A stretch of 37,846 bases of DNA from a virus. Lineage: Duplodnaviria > Caudoviricetes. The DNA lies in the IMG/VR virus record IMGVR_UViG_3300016665_000270, positions 1-37,846 of that record; one strand, 5' to 3'. Under the pieces are notes generated by a model. It had not been told where the DNA came from. It ran no database searches and saw only the letters and a list, made by a program, of their open reading frames with translations. Within the stretch, counting starts at the first letter, position 1, and each line of letters begins with the position of its first letter. Below are positions 25,092 to 34,884 of the stretch, piece by piece. A program made the translations under genes and the position numbers.

Positions 25092-27596
25092 ATGGGCATA
25101 ATAGACAGATTCAAAGCAGCTTCCACCGCCTTCCGATTCCCGTCAAATCTGACGCATCGGGCAGGCTCGTTTCTGTCGTTGGCTCCTCGAACCTTCCCAT
25201 ACGAGAACACCGACCCGCTTGGCGACTCCGCAGTGGTCAACGTGCTGGCGTGGATTCAGCGAAATTTCACGCAGGCCGAGCTTGGCGTTTATCAAAAGAA
25301 TCGTGAAGGTGAAAAGACTGAGCTCGTCGACCATCCGCTGACTCGCCTGATGTATCGCCCGAATGCGGGATACGGCGCGTCACAGCTTTGGGCCGGTACG
25401 CTCCTCAGCTACCACCTTGACGGCAACGCATACTGGATCAAGGCGCGTAATGCCCGAGGGTTCGGCGTGCCAACTGAGGTCTGGTATGAACCCCACTGGG
25501 GGATCAAGCCGCACTGGCCGGAGGATGGATCGCAGTTCATCGACTACTACGAGCGGCGCATCAACGGCACGATTGAGCGCATCCCGGTCGAGAACGTCAT
25601 CCATTTCCGCAACGGGCTGAACCCTGCGAACCCACGCTATGGACTCGCCCCGCTCAAGGCTGCGCTCCTTCAGGTCTTCACCGATACCGAGGTTTCACTC
25701 TGGGTCGCCGCGCTGTGCCGGAATATGGCGATTCCTGGCGTAATCGTTTCGCCTCAGGAATCGTTCGGGATGTCAGCCGAGAAGGCCGAACAGATCAAGC
25801 AGACGTGGAAGCGCAAGTTTGGCGGCGACTCTCGCGGCGAACCGTTGATCCTCGACTTTCAGGCCAGTGTGACCACGCTGGGTTACGATCCGAAAAACAT
25901 GGAGTTTGGCGCGATCACCAACCTCGCCGAGTCGCGCATTGCCGGTGCGATGGGTGTCCCGGCGATCGTCGCGGGGTTGAGTGCGGGTCTGGACTCGTCG
26001 ACCTACAACAACCTGGCCAACTTGAAGAAGTCGGCATTCGAGGAGTGCCTCATTCCAACGTGGGAGCAGTTCCAGACCACGCTGACGGCGCAGCTCCTGC
26101 CGGACTATGAGCGGGATATCGAAGCCAAGCGCATCAAGGTCTACTTCGACACCAGCGAGATCCGCGCACTTCAGGAGAATCAAGGGGAGAAGGAACAGCG
26201 CGCCATTGCCGCGTGGCAGGCTGGGGTTACGACGCTCAACGAAGCGCGCGCACAATTTGGCTATGATCCCGATCCGGCTGGCGATTACTACCTGCAGCCC
26301 AACAGCTCGACTCCGACCACGCCAGCCAAAACCCTCGACAAGATCGAGAATCCACCAGCTCCGGTGGTGCCAGTTCAGCCAATTCCGGGCGGCAGTAGCC
26401 AACCGCCAACGGCGGCTGAAGACGAAGGAGAGGCGGTCAAGTCCTCCTCGGGCCGCCTCTTCAAGTCTGTCAACTGGCAAGGGATGACGTTGCGCAGGGA
26501 ACCCACAGAGATCGAGGCGCGAATCATCAAGCAGGTTGATGAGGTTTACCAAAGCGGCAAGCTCTCGATGGAAGGGCGGCTCCTTTCTCTTCGTGGCAAG
26601 TACGTTGACCAGATCATCGATGAGCTTGACGACCTCGATCCAGAGGATTACTACACGGCAACGGTTATGCCGGTCGACGCTGACCGGCTGGCAGTCGCTG
26701 CGATCCTGACCGCGCTGTTTCTCCGTGGCGCGGCTTTGATCGTCGGCGAACTCAGGAATCAGGGGGCTGGCGATGGTGACCCGTCGGCCCGTCCTGATTC
26801 CCGACTGATCAACACGATTGCTGGCGCGCTGGTGAGCAAGATCGCAAACGACGTGCAGGCGCGTGGCACGGGCGCGGCGGTGTCCGCTTCCCTTCTTGGG
26901 CAAGATGTGCGCGCCAGTGTAACCACCGCGCTTGATCAGGGTTCAACGGCCTATGTCACCCGATCCGCAGCGGAGGCGACCAACTGGGCTCTCGGCAAGG
27001 GGCGTGACGCGGAGATTGAGCAGCGATCGGACGAGATTGAATATCTGGTCTACTCTGCCGTGCTGGATAACTCGACCTGCAGGCCGTGCGGCGAGGCTGA
27101 CGGCATGGGGGGACAGCTGGGTGAGATCCCCGACGCTCCAAACCCTGACTGTGACGGCGGGGCCAATTGCAGGTGTCTGCACATCCCGGTAGTGGCCACC
27201 GATGAGTTCAAGGGGCTCACCGGGAAGAAGGCAACTTATCGCGGCGAATCAATCGACCTGAAGCCAACCGACGGGATGAAAAGCGAAGCGCAGAAGGGGC
27301 TTGACTGGCGCAAGGAGCATGGCCGCGGTGGCACAGCCGTCGGCATTGCACGCGCACGCGACATCGTAAATGGGCGGGAGTTGTCGCCAAGCACGGTGAA
27401 GCGCATGTATTCATTCTTCAGCCGCCACGAGGTGGACAAGCAGGGCGAGGGCTTCTCCCCTGGTGAAGATGGCTATCCATCAAACGGGCGGATTGCGTGG
27501 GCCTTGTGGGGTGGTGATGCCGGCTTCTCGTGGTCAAAGAAGAAAATCGAGCAGATGGCCAACATCGACGAGTCAAAAAGTTTTGTCAGTGAATAG
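25092..27596 (+). CDS. HK97-type portal protein fused to a Mu gpF/SPP1 gp7-like domain and a further C-terminal domain
   Basis: Portal motifs LDGNAY, VIHFR, G..PL, T.NEAR; then 'AVLD..TC..C...G...NCRC'; then 'RMYSFFSRHE...GRIAWALWGGDAG..W'. Confidence 0.9.
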   Translation: MGIIDRFKAASTAFRFPSNLTHRAGSFLSLAPRTFPYENTDPLGDSAVVNVLAWIQRNFTQAELGVYQKNREGEKTELVDHPLTRLMYRPNAGYGASQLWAGTLLSYHLDGNAYWIKARNARGFGVPTEVWYEPHWGIKPHWPEDGSQFIDYYERRINGTIERIPVENVIHFRNGLNPANPRYGLAPLKAALLQVFTDTEVSLWVAALCRNMAIPGVIVSPQESFGMSAEKAEQIKQTWKRKFGGDSRGEPLILDFQASVTTLGYDPKNMEFGAITNLAESRIAGAMGVPAIVAGLSAGLDSSTYNNLANLKKSAFEECLIPTWEQFQTTLTAQLLPDYERDIEAKRIKVYFDTSEIRALQENQGEKEQRAIAAWQAGVTTLNEARAQFGYDPDPAGDYYLQPNSSTPTTPAKTLDKIENPPAPVVPVQPIPGGSSQPPTAAEDEGEAVKSSSGRLFKSVNWQGMTLRREPTEIEARIIKQVDEVYQSGKLSMEGRLLSLRGKYVDQIIDELDDLDPEDYYTATVMPVDADRLAVAAILTALFLRGAALIVGELRNQGAGDGDPSARPDSRLINTIAGALVSKIANDVQARGTGAAVSASLLGQDVRASVTTALDQGSTAYVTRSAAEATNWALGKGRDAEIEQRSDEIEYLVYSAVLDNSTCRPCGEADGMGGQLGEIPDAPNPDCDGGANCRCLHIPVVATDEFKGLTGKKATYRGESIDLKPTDGMKSEAQKGLDWRKEHGRGGTAVGIARARDIVNGRELSPSTVKRMYSFFSRHEVDKQGEGFSPGEDGYPSNGRIAWALWGGDAGFSWSKKKIEQMANIDESKSFVSE

Positions 27597-27610
27597 CCTA
27601 TAGGGGGCAT

Positions 27611-28507
27611 ATGGAAAAGCGGTTCGATTCAATCCAGCGCAAAACATTGGCCTTCGAGGTGAAGCAAGCCGAGATGACCGACGGTGGCCAGTATGCCGGA
27701 GAGTTTACCGGCTATGCTGCGGGCATCCTGAACATCGACAACACCGGCGATATGATCCTCCCCGGTGCGTTCTCTGCCGATCTGCCGCGATTCCTGAGTG
27801 AAGGCGTAGTGTGCTGGCAGCACGACTGGATGACGCCCATCGGCGTACCTGTTGCCGCGTCTGAGGATGGTTATGGGCTGCTCACCAAATCCCGCATCAG
27901 CCGCACTCAGCAAGGCATGGACGCGATGACGCTGATCAGAGATGGCGTTGTCAAGAAGCTCTCAATCGGTTATCAGGTGCAAGACTATGACGTAGTCGAC
28001 CGCTCTGGCCTCGCTCGCACCATGCAAAGCTACGGTCTGACTCAAGAGAAGCAGATGGCGACGTTGGCCACGTTTGACGAGATGGGGCGTGATGTCGTCT
28101 ATCTGCTAAAAAAGCTCAAGTTGTTCGAATACTCGCCGGTGACTGTACCGGCCAACGATAAGGCAATCATCATGGACGCAAAATCGCTTACTGGTTTGAC
28201 GTTCGCTGATCACTCCCGAGCCGTGCTGACTGCGGTTGAGGGACTCGAGGCGCGAATCAAGGACATCACGGATCTGCGCCTTTCACAGGGGCGGAAGGGT
28301 AATCCCGAGCATGGCAAGATGTGCGGAGAGATGGCCGATGAGCTGGAAAAGGCTTGTGGCAGGCTCCGCAAGATGGCAATGGAACTTGGGATGGATAACG
28401 GCGAATCTGAAGACGAGGACGAGCCGATGAAGCCAGAAATGGAATATGCCAAAGCCCTTTACGCTGAATTTCTCAAACTCGAAGCACGGCGGCTTGGAGC
28501 TGCCTAA
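27611..28507 (+). CDS. HK97-family prohead protease
   Basis: FTGYA, D..GD.I.PGAF, WQHD...PIG, LSIGY, LFEYSPVT.PAN. Confidence 0.93.
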   Translation: MEKRFDSIQRKTLAFEVKQAEMTDGGQYAGEFTGYAAGILNIDNTGDMILPGAFSADLPRFLSEGVVCWQHDWMTPIGVPVAASEDGYGLLTKSRISRTQQGMDAMTLIRDGVVKKLSIGYQVQDYDVVDRSGLARTMQSYGLTQEKQMATLATFDEMGRDVVYLLKKLKLFEYSPVTVPANDKAIIMDAKSLTGLTFADHSRAVLTAVEGLEARIKDITDLRLSQGRKGNPEHGKMCGEMADELEKACGRLRKMAMELGMDNGESEDEDEPMKPEMEYAKALYAEFLKLEARRLGAA

Positions 28508-28518
28508 GGAAGGAAACT

Positions 28519-29865
28519 ATGACGAAACTGCAAGAGAAGATCTTGGCCGCCGACAAGCTCAAGGGTGAGCAGCGCGCGGTTTTCGAGAAGCACGCGGATG
28601 TGTCGGCGATCCCTGCCGATCAGCTCGCGGAGATCAAATCACGCAACGAGCAGATTGCCGCGCTGGATGCGGAGATCAAGCAGCTCGAGGAGGTTGAGGC
28701 GATGCGTTCAACGGCCATCACCTACAGTCACAGCGGCGCGCCGACCTCAGCTAAAGCTGACAATACGATCCCGGCGCCAGCGATTGAGTTTGCGCGGGTG
28801 TCGAAGGTCAAGAACTTCCGCGGCACGGTGGCTGGAAAATCAGCCGATGAGCGCGCCTATCGCTTCGGCAAGTGGTTCAAGGGAATGGTCGTCGGTGATC
28901 CGGCCAGCCAGAAATGGTGTGCTGACAACGGCATCCAGACGAAGGCTCTCGCCGAAGGGACTAACTACCTCGGCGGATACCTCGTCCCACCTGAGTTCTC
29001 AACCGACATCATCGATCTGCGCGAAGAGTACGGCGTTGCCCGTCGTGTTGCGCGCGTCGTTCCAATGGCGTCAGATACCCTGATGATCCCCCGCCGCACT
29101 GGTGGCCTGACGGCCTATTTCGTTGGCGAGGCTGCGACCATCACCGACAGCAACAAGACGTGGGATCAGGTGTCACTGGTTGCCAAGAAGCTCGCGGCCC
29201 TGACCCTGTGGAGTTCAGAGCTGAACGAAGACGCAATGATTTCGATTGGCGACGACCTCGCCGGTGAGATCGCCTATGCGTTCAGTCAGAAAGAGGACGA
29301 GTGCTACTTCAACGGTGACGGCACTTCGACCTATGGCGGGATCACTGGCGTTCGGCAGAAACTCCGTGACGTTGACGCGACGATCGGCAACATTAAGGGT
29401 CTGCAGGTGGCGTCAGGCAACGCATACTCCGAGATCGTTCTCAGCGACTTCCATGGCGTTCTCGGTCGGCTCCCGCTCTACGCTCGCAATGGTGCGCAGT
29501 GGATTATGAGCGCGACCTTCTTCGATACCGTCGCCCACAAGCTCCAGACTGCGGCGGGTGGTAACACGGTCGTAAACATCGCTGATGGTGGTGTTCCGCG
29601 CTTCCTGGGCTACCCTGTTGTTCTTTCGCAGGTGATGCCGACAACCGAGGCCAACAGCCAGATTTGCGCGCTGCTTGGCAATTACCGGCTGGGTTCAACC
29701 TTCGGCGATCGCCGTCTCCTCTCGCTGGCCCTGTCGACCGAGTACAAGTTCGCCGAGGATCAGCTGGCGATTCGCGGGACGGAGCGTTTCGACATCAATA
29801 TTCACGACGTTGGCAACACGACTGCTGCCGGCCCGATCGTCGGACTCATCACGGCTGCCAGCTAA
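28519..29865 (+). CDS. Major capsid protein (HK97 fold with N-terminal scaffold/delta domain)
   Basis: Coiled-coil N-terminus; GGYLVP, S.EL..D, F.GDG, LGYPV, ERFD. Confidence 0.95.
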   Translation: MTKLQEKILAADKLKGEQRAVFEKHADVSAIPADQLAEIKSRNEQIAALDAEIKQLEEVEAMRSTAITYSHSGAPTSAKADNTIPAPAIEFARVSKVKNFRGTVAGKSADERAYRFGKWFKGMVVGDPASQKWCADNGIQTKALAEGTNYLGGYLVPPEFSTDIIDLREEYGVARRVARVVPMASDTLMIPRRTGGLTAYFVGEAATITDSNKTWDQVSLVAKKLAALTLWSSELNEDAMISIGDDLAGEIAYAFSQKEDECYFNGDGTSTYGGITGVRQKLRDVDATIGNIKGLQVASGNAYSEIVLSDFHGVLGRLPLYARNGAQWIMSATFFDTVAHKLQTAAGGNTVVNIADGGVPRFLGYPVVLSQVMPTTEANSQICALLGNYRLGSTFGDRRLLSLALSTEYKFAEDQLAIRGTERFDINIHDVGNTTAAGPIVGLITAAS

Positions 29866-29879
29866 CAGGAGGTGATCCA

Positions 29880-30320
29880 TTGAAAGACCTGAAGAAAATC
29901 AAAAGTGAGGTGATGATTGCTCCGGCAACCATCACGAGCGGGGCGACGGCAACGGCCAACCTCGATTGTAAGGGCCACGGCGACGTGGAGATTATGGTCA
30001 GCCTCGGCGCGCTGGCAGGTGCTGGCGTGGCTCCGGCCTCGATCAAGATCAGCGAGTCAGACGACACGGTAGTCACCAACTTCACGGAGATTACCGCGCT
30101 GTCAACTGGTGCTGCAGCGGTCGGTGCGTCGGAGTCGGTTCGCTTCTTCGTCGATCGGTCGAACGGGGCGCGGAAGCGTTACCTGCGCCTCGCGGTTACG
30201 CCGGGAACGGCCTCGACTAACTCCAACATCCCGGTCAGCGCGGTTGCGCGTCTCGACCGGTCGGCTGAGGCTCCGGCGTCAACGTCGGAGTATGGCTCAA
30301 ACGTCGTTAAGGAGATCTAA
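29880..30320 (+). CDS. Putative capsid decoration/cement protein
   Basis: AGGAGG RBS and TTG start at 29880; beta-rich; 'KRYLRL'; directly after MCP. Confidence 0.6.
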   Translation: MKDLKKIKSEVMIAPATITSGATATANLDCKGHGDVEIMVSLGALAGAGVAPASIKISESDDTVVTNFTEITALSTGAAAVGASESVRFFVDRSNGARKRYLRLAVTPGTASTNSNIPVSAVARLDRSAEAPASTSEYGSNVVKEI

Positions 30321-30323
30321 ACC

Positions 30324-31520
30324 ATGAAGCTGAATTTGGGGGGAGGCTTACAAAAGATCCCCGGATTCACGAATATTGACCGCCAGCTTGGTCAGGAAGC
30401 CTTCCCCCTTCCTGACTATGCTGATGGTTCTGTCGATGAAATCAGGGCTTCTCATATCCTTGAGCATTTCGGCCACCGTGAAGCGCCCGAAGTGCTGAAG
30501 GAGTGGGTCAGAGTCCTCAAACCCGGCGGCGAAATTCGAATCGCCGTGCCGGATCTTGACTGGCTGATCCAGCATCGCGAGAGTGACCAGCCGATCGAAA
30601 GCTACCTGATGGGTGGTCAGACGAACGATGATGATTTCCATCGATCGGTCTACACAGAGCGCAAGCTTCGCGATTTGATGAGGTATGTCGGCCTGACGGA
30701 TATCACCCGCTGGACATCAGAGATTCAGGACTGCGCATCACTGCCGGTCAGCCTGAATCTGAAGGGCGTCAAGCCAGCCAACGTTCGGCAGGTGGACGCC
30801 AACAAGATCGAGGTCAACGCGCGGGTGGCGGCTATTATGTCCGTGCCAAGACTCGGCTGGAATGATCATTGGGGTGCGGTCTGGCAGGCATTGCGCACGC
30901 CAGAATTTAATATCCCGATCTGGCGTTATGGTGGCGCGTTCTGGGAACAGGGCATGCAGAACGGTTTGAAGGATCTGCGGGACAAGGGTACAGAGTGGGC
31001 CATCACGCTTGATTACGACACGCTGTTTGATAGCGAGGACATCAAGCATTTGCTCACATTGGCTGCGCAATATCCCGAGGCTGATGCCATCGTTCCGATT
31101 CAGGTCAGGCGCAATAATGAGCAGTTTCTCTTCACGATGAAAGACGAGTACGGCAACCTGCGCCACAACGCATCATTGGACGAGCTGTCAGACGATCTGA
31201 CCCCAATCAGCACAGGCCATTTTGGGATGACGCTCATCAAGCTGCGATGCCTCGACGACATCCCAAAGCCGTGGTTATGGTCACAGCCTGACGCGAATGG
31301 CGATTGGTCGAATGATCGAACCGATGCTGACATCTACTTCTGGAACAAGCTGAAAGCGGCGGGGCGCAAAGTGTATCAGGCCAATCACATCAAGATCGGT
31401 CATCTCCAGGTTGTAGGGACTTGGCCAACGAATGACTGGCGCATCAAGCATCAGTATGTCAGCGAGTGGACGGAAAAGGGTAAGCCGAAGGAGTGCCGCC
31501 GTGAAGATCAAGCTGGTTAA
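30324..31520 (+). CDS. SAM-dependent methyltransferase-like domain fused to a GT-A glycosyltransferase-like domain
   Basis: LNLGGG..., ASHILEH, RVLKPGG.I.IAVPD; then 'ITLDYD', 'GHFGMTLI', 'DIYF...G.KVY...IGH'. Confidence 0.8.
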   Translation: MKLNLGGGLQKIPGFTNIDRQLGQEAFPLPDYADGSVDEIRASHILEHFGHREAPEVLKEWVRVLKPGGEIRIAVPDLDWLIQHRESDQPIESYLMGGQTNDDDFHRSVYTERKLRDLMRYVGLTDITRWTSEIQDCASLPVSLNLKGVKPANVRQVDANKIEVNARVAAIMSVPRLGWNDHWGAVWQALRTPEFNIPIWRYGGAFWEQGMQNGLKDLRDKGTEWAITLDYDTLFDSEDIKHLLTLAAQYPEADAIVPIQVRRNNEQFLFTMKDEYGNLRHNASLDELSDDLTPISTGHFGMTLIKLRCLDDIPKPWLWSQPDANGDWSNDRTDADIYFWNKLKAAGRKVYQANHIKIGHLQVVGTWPTNDWRIKHQYVSEWTEKGKPKECRREDQAG

Positions 31521-31698
31521 GGCGTGGGGGATGGCCGCGCCGGGAGAGGTGATTGACCCTCCTCCCGGCGTTGCTGCCCTGCTGATCGAGCGCGGCATCG
31601 CTGAACGCGTCGAAGAGAAGCAGTCATTTACCGATCGGTGGAACAAGCGCGAGGCGCGACCACCGCAACCGCAGCGAGAGGTACGTCGTGGCAAATAG
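31501..31698 (+). CDS. Small head-associated protein
   Basis: GGAG RBS and GTG start; 'KIKLVKAW...GEVID....A..LI.RGIAE'. Confidence 0.65.
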   Translation: MKIKLVKAWGMAAPGEVIDPPPGVAALLIERGIAERVEEKQSFTDRWNKREARPPQPQREVRRGK

Positions 31699-32359
31699 TG
31701 ATTACGTTACAATGGATCAGGTCAGGGCCTATGTCTATCAGTCGCAGGATGCTGACGAAGATCTGTTGATGCGGATCATGACACGGGCGGCGAGGATCTT
31801 CGATGCCGCCTGTGGTCTGCCTGACGAGTATTTCACGCGTGGCGATTCGGGACAAACGGCAACCATTCGTTACTTCTGGGGGGATGGCACGGATTACCTC
31901 AAGATCGATCCGTACCTTTCCGCCACTGCGCCGACTGTGACGATGCCGACCGGGTTCACCGTGTTGAACTGGGTGGCGGTCAACCCGTATGAGCGCGCAC
32001 GCTTGAACACTCCTGGCGAGTTCTTTCTGTCGCGTCGGTATGGAGACGATTACTCCACGCTGGCGGCATTGCATGAGCGGCGTGATTTCTTCTTCGCGGA
32101 GTTCTCCAACCAAGTCGATTATGTCGGCTGGCCTGCGGGGATCCGTGTAGGTGTCACCGCGAAATGGGGCTGGGACTCGACACCGGCCGAGGTACAAGAG
32201 GCCGTACTGGAGACGATCGCCAATATCTGGCGGAGCAAGGATCAGGGCTTTGCGCGAGCGGTCGCAATTGATGGCGTGGCGGTGATCAACCAGCCATTGC
32301 CACCCAGGGCGCAAATGGTCGCGGATGGATACCGACAGGCTACGAGGTTATTCGCTTGA
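31688..32359 (+). CDS. Head-tail connector/adaptor (gp6-like)
   Basis: 'YVT...V.AY...D.DLL...A....D..C' and 'GW...PAEVQEA.L'. Confidence 0.8.
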   Translation: MANSDYVTMDQVRAYVYQSQDADEDLLMRIMTRAARIFDAACGLPDEYFTRGDSGQTATIRYFWGDGTDYLKIDPYLSATAPTVTMPTGFTVLNWVAVNPYERARLNTPGEFFLSRRYGDDYSTLAALHERRDFFFAEFSNQVDYVGWPAGIRVGVTAKWGWDSTPAEVQEAVLETIANIWRSKDQGFARAVAIDGVAVINQPLPPRAQMVADGYRQATRLFA

Positions 32360-32874
32360 AGATCGGCGTGACAATAAATGGAGTCTTGCAGTCGACGAGG
32401 GCATTCAACACGCTCAACGAGTCGCTGCGGGATTTCCGCGAGGTCTGGCCAGAGATCCACATGTACTTTCTCCGCGCCAACCTCGAGCAGTTCAACAGCA
32501 CTGGTGCGCGTGGTGGCCAGGCTTGGGCGCCGCTGACCGAGAAATATGGCAAGTGGAAGGCAAAGCGATTTCCCGGCAAGCCCATACTGGTCAGGACTGA
32601 GCGCCTTCGCCGATCGCTGACGTTGGGCGGGAGTGGGACGGGTGATCAGGTGCTTGATATGCAGCCGACGACGCTCACGATGGGAACAATGGTTCCATAT
32701 GCGCGCTTCCACCAGCGAGGCACAAAGCGGATGGTGGCGCGGCCTGTCCTCCAGCCGACGCGCAGGGATATTGATCGAATGGTCAGCCGTCTCTATCGCT
32801 TCGCCGAGCGTGGCGCGCGTGATGCAGGATTCCAGACTCGCGGACGGTCGCGGTTTACAACGGGGGCTGAGTAA
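32356..32874 (+). CDS. Virion morphogenesis/tail completion protein (Mu gpG/P2 S-like)
   Basis: 'WAPL...K...IL..T.RL..SL...GT.VPYA.FHQ.GT..M.ARP'. Confidence 0.85.
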   Translation: MKIGVTINGVLQSTRAFNTLNESLRDFREVWPEIHMYFLRANLEQFNSTGARGGQAWAPLTEKYGKWKAKRFPGKPILVRTERLRRSLTLGGSGTGDQVLDMQPTTLTMGTMVPYARFHQRGTKRMVARPVLQPTRRDIDRMVSRLYRFAERGARDAGFQTRGRSRFTTGAE

Positions 32875-33371
32875 TGGCATATACCACGACTCGATATCAG
32901 GCCGAGTTTGCGCTTCGACTGATCGACAACCTGCAAGCATTCATTGAGGCTTCAACCGCAACGGCCCTGGCGGAGATCGACGCGACGTTGCCCAATTTCG
33001 TGGACTACCGGACGCCAACGCCAATCATCCTCAACTTCCCCGCGCTGTTCATCTCGATTAGTCAAGAGACTCTCGATCAGTCGGATGATGATTCATACAT
33101 CAGGGGCCGCAACGAGTTTTACATCGACATCGCGGTTGATGGTTATGACGCCTATGTCGTCGAGCGGAAGATGCTGCAATACACCCTGGCGGTGGATCGC
33201 GTGATCCGGTCGATGACCGTTGCTGATCTGCTTGGCGAGGCGACGACGGCCTATGTCAGCGAGCCAGTGTGGGAAGTCACTGAGCATCAATATGGCCTCC
33301 TCCGGCAGGGTGACACAATTTTCCGCAAAGATTCCCGTATTGTTTTGGTTGTACAAACTTTTGAGAGGTAG
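32874..33371 (+). CDS. Putative tail terminator
   Basis: Size and position before the tube gene; acidic; 'FPALFI'. Confidence 0.6.
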   Translation: MAYTTTRYQAEFALRLIDNLQAFIEASTATALAEIDATLPNFVDYRTPTPIILNFPALFISISQETLDQSDDDSYIRGRNEFYIDIAVDGYDAYVVERKMLQYTLAVDRVIRSMTVADLLGEATTAYVSEPVWEVTEHQYGLLRQGDTIFRKDSRIVLVVQTFER

Positions 33372-33375
33372 ACGA

Positions 33376-33582
33376 ATGACGTACTACGAGAAAGCAAAGT
33401 CGATGACACTCCCCCCGCTCCCGTGGACTGTGGAAGCGCTGGGTGAGCAGGTTTACTGCAAGCTGGCTTCGGAGCTGGGATATTTCAACCCTGCTTCGGA
33501 GCGTCGAGACTACCGGCCTTCCCTCGATCCGACGCCATACATGGATCTGATCAAAGCGAAGACCACCACAAAGGAGAAGTAG
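33376..33582 (+). CDS. Small hypothetical protein
   Basis: GAGG RBS; start MTYYEKAK. Confidence 0.6.
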   Translation: MTYYEKAKSMTLPPLPWTVEALGEQVYCKLASELGYFNPASERRDYRPSLDPTPYMDLIKAKTTTKEK

Positions 33583-33585
33583 CAA

Positions 33586-34209
33586 ATGGCTGGGACTGCG
33601 AAAAACTACAACGCAAATCAAATCGTCCTCGGGCCGTCCGACCTGTGGCTAAACGTCGCAGTTCCGGCGGCATCATCGCGGATGACCCTGGACACTGACG
33701 GCACGCCTGACGCGACCGCCAATCCAAACGCCATCCATCTCGGGATGACCGCGGGTGGTGTCACGTTCGAATATGTGCCTGAGATTCAGGACTTCAGTTC
33801 CGACGAACTGACGGCTCCGCACCTCTCGCGAATTATCTCAGAGCGCGCCACGCTCAAGGGTGAGTTCCTGCAGGTGTTCAACTGGAACCTGCTCGAGAAG
33901 ATGACGGTGGGCGGCACGAAGTCGGTTGACACTAACACCTCCACCGGATACGAACAGCTGACGATGGGCGGACTCTCGACGATCTCCACCTTCTCAATTG
34001 CGCTGATCGGGCCTGACATTTCAGGGACAAATCAGTGGTGGGTTGTGCAGCTCTACAAGACCTTCAACAGGGCAGGCTTTAACTTCACCGTGACCAGAAA
34101 AGATCAGAGCCGCGCGCCGTTCGAGTTCAACGGGCAGGCGGTGACGAGCAGAGCGGCAGGTGACCAGATTGGCAACTTCTGGCATCAGGGCGCGGCGAAT
34201 GCGGCGTAA
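33586..34209 (+). CDS. Major tail tube protein
   Basis: 'LGMT.GGV.FEY' and beta-rich body; precedes the chaperones. Confidence 0.8.
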   Translation: MAGTAKNYNANQIVLGPSDLWLNVAVPAASSRMTLDTDGTPDATANPNAIHLGMTAGGVTFEYVPEIQDFSSDELTAPHLSRIISERATLKGEFLQVFNWNLLEKMTVGGTKSVDTNTSTGYEQLTMGGLSTISTFSIALIGPDISGTNQWWVVQLYKTFNRAGFNFTVTRKDQSRAPFEFNGQAVTSRAAGDQIGNFWHQGAANAA

Positions 34210-34235
34210 CGTAGACCATCATTGAGAGGCTGACA

Positions 34236-34757
34236 ATGAAGGCGAGCGAGTATCGGAAAAGGCGTCAGGCGGTGGAGGTGACGGGACAAATCACCCTACC
34301 GTCTGGCGCGGTGTTTACAATGAGGCGTCCCCCGCTGGATCTCTGGATGGCGGCGGGACGTATACCCCAATCATTTCTTCGGGCAATGCTCGAGGCGCAG
34401 CAGGGTGGCGCAGGGGCAAGCGTGCAGTTCTCGACCGAAGAGACGCTTGAGGGAATGACCTTTCTGACCGAGGCGGTGATTTATGCAGCCGTTGAACCCA
34501 AGCTGGCTTTGCAATCCGATGATCCTGAAGTGCTGCTGCTGGCTGACCTCGATCCTGAGGATTTCCGGTTTCTGACCAGCTGGATTCAGGCAGGCTCTCC
34601 CGGCGTGCCGGTGAAGACCTCGACAGGCGGGGAGGTGCAGCCCGAGAAGCTGGCCCGGTTTCGCCAAAAGCGACCGGGGGGAAGGGCTGTTGATGCTGGC
34701 CCTGACGGCGGCGAAGTTCGGCACGAGGCCGAGCCAGCTGCTGCGATTGGCCGATGA
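34236..34757 (+). CDS. Tail assembly chaperone (G-like)
   Basis: Between tube and tape measure; 'LPSG..F..RRP'. Confidence 0.8.
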   Translation: MKASEYRKRRQAVEVTGQITLPSGAVFTMRRPPLDLWMAAGRIPQSFLRAMLEAQQGGAGASVQFSTEETLEGMTFLTEAVIYAAVEPKLALQSDDPEVLLLADLDPEDFRFLTSWIQAGSPGVPVKTSTGGEVQPEKLARFRQKRPGGRAVDAGPDGGEVRHEAEPAAAIGR

Positions 34758-34884
34758 CGCGATATCGCTCGACTTCGACAACGCGGCGGCAATGCGGCTT
34801 CAGCAATGGGAAGACGAGCGCACGGCGCAGATGTGGGGTGGTGGTGGAGATGAGAGGACAGAGGTAAGATTCGATGGCACTTGA
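34660..34884 (+). CDS. Tail assembly chaperone T-like extension, probably reached by a frameshift at TTT CG
   Basis: The +1 frame is open from 34660 (FAKSDRGEGLLMLAL...RPSQLL...LDFD). Confidence 0.65.
   Translation, partial: FAKSDRGEGLLMLALTAAKFGTRPSQLLRLADDAISLDFDNAAAMRLQQWEDERTAQMWGGGGDERTEVRFDGT

Noticed and set aside
25773-26903. 376-aa antisense ORF and similar long shadow ORFs
   Set aside because: They mirror well-supported + strand genes in GC-rich DNA and have no motifs or RBS.
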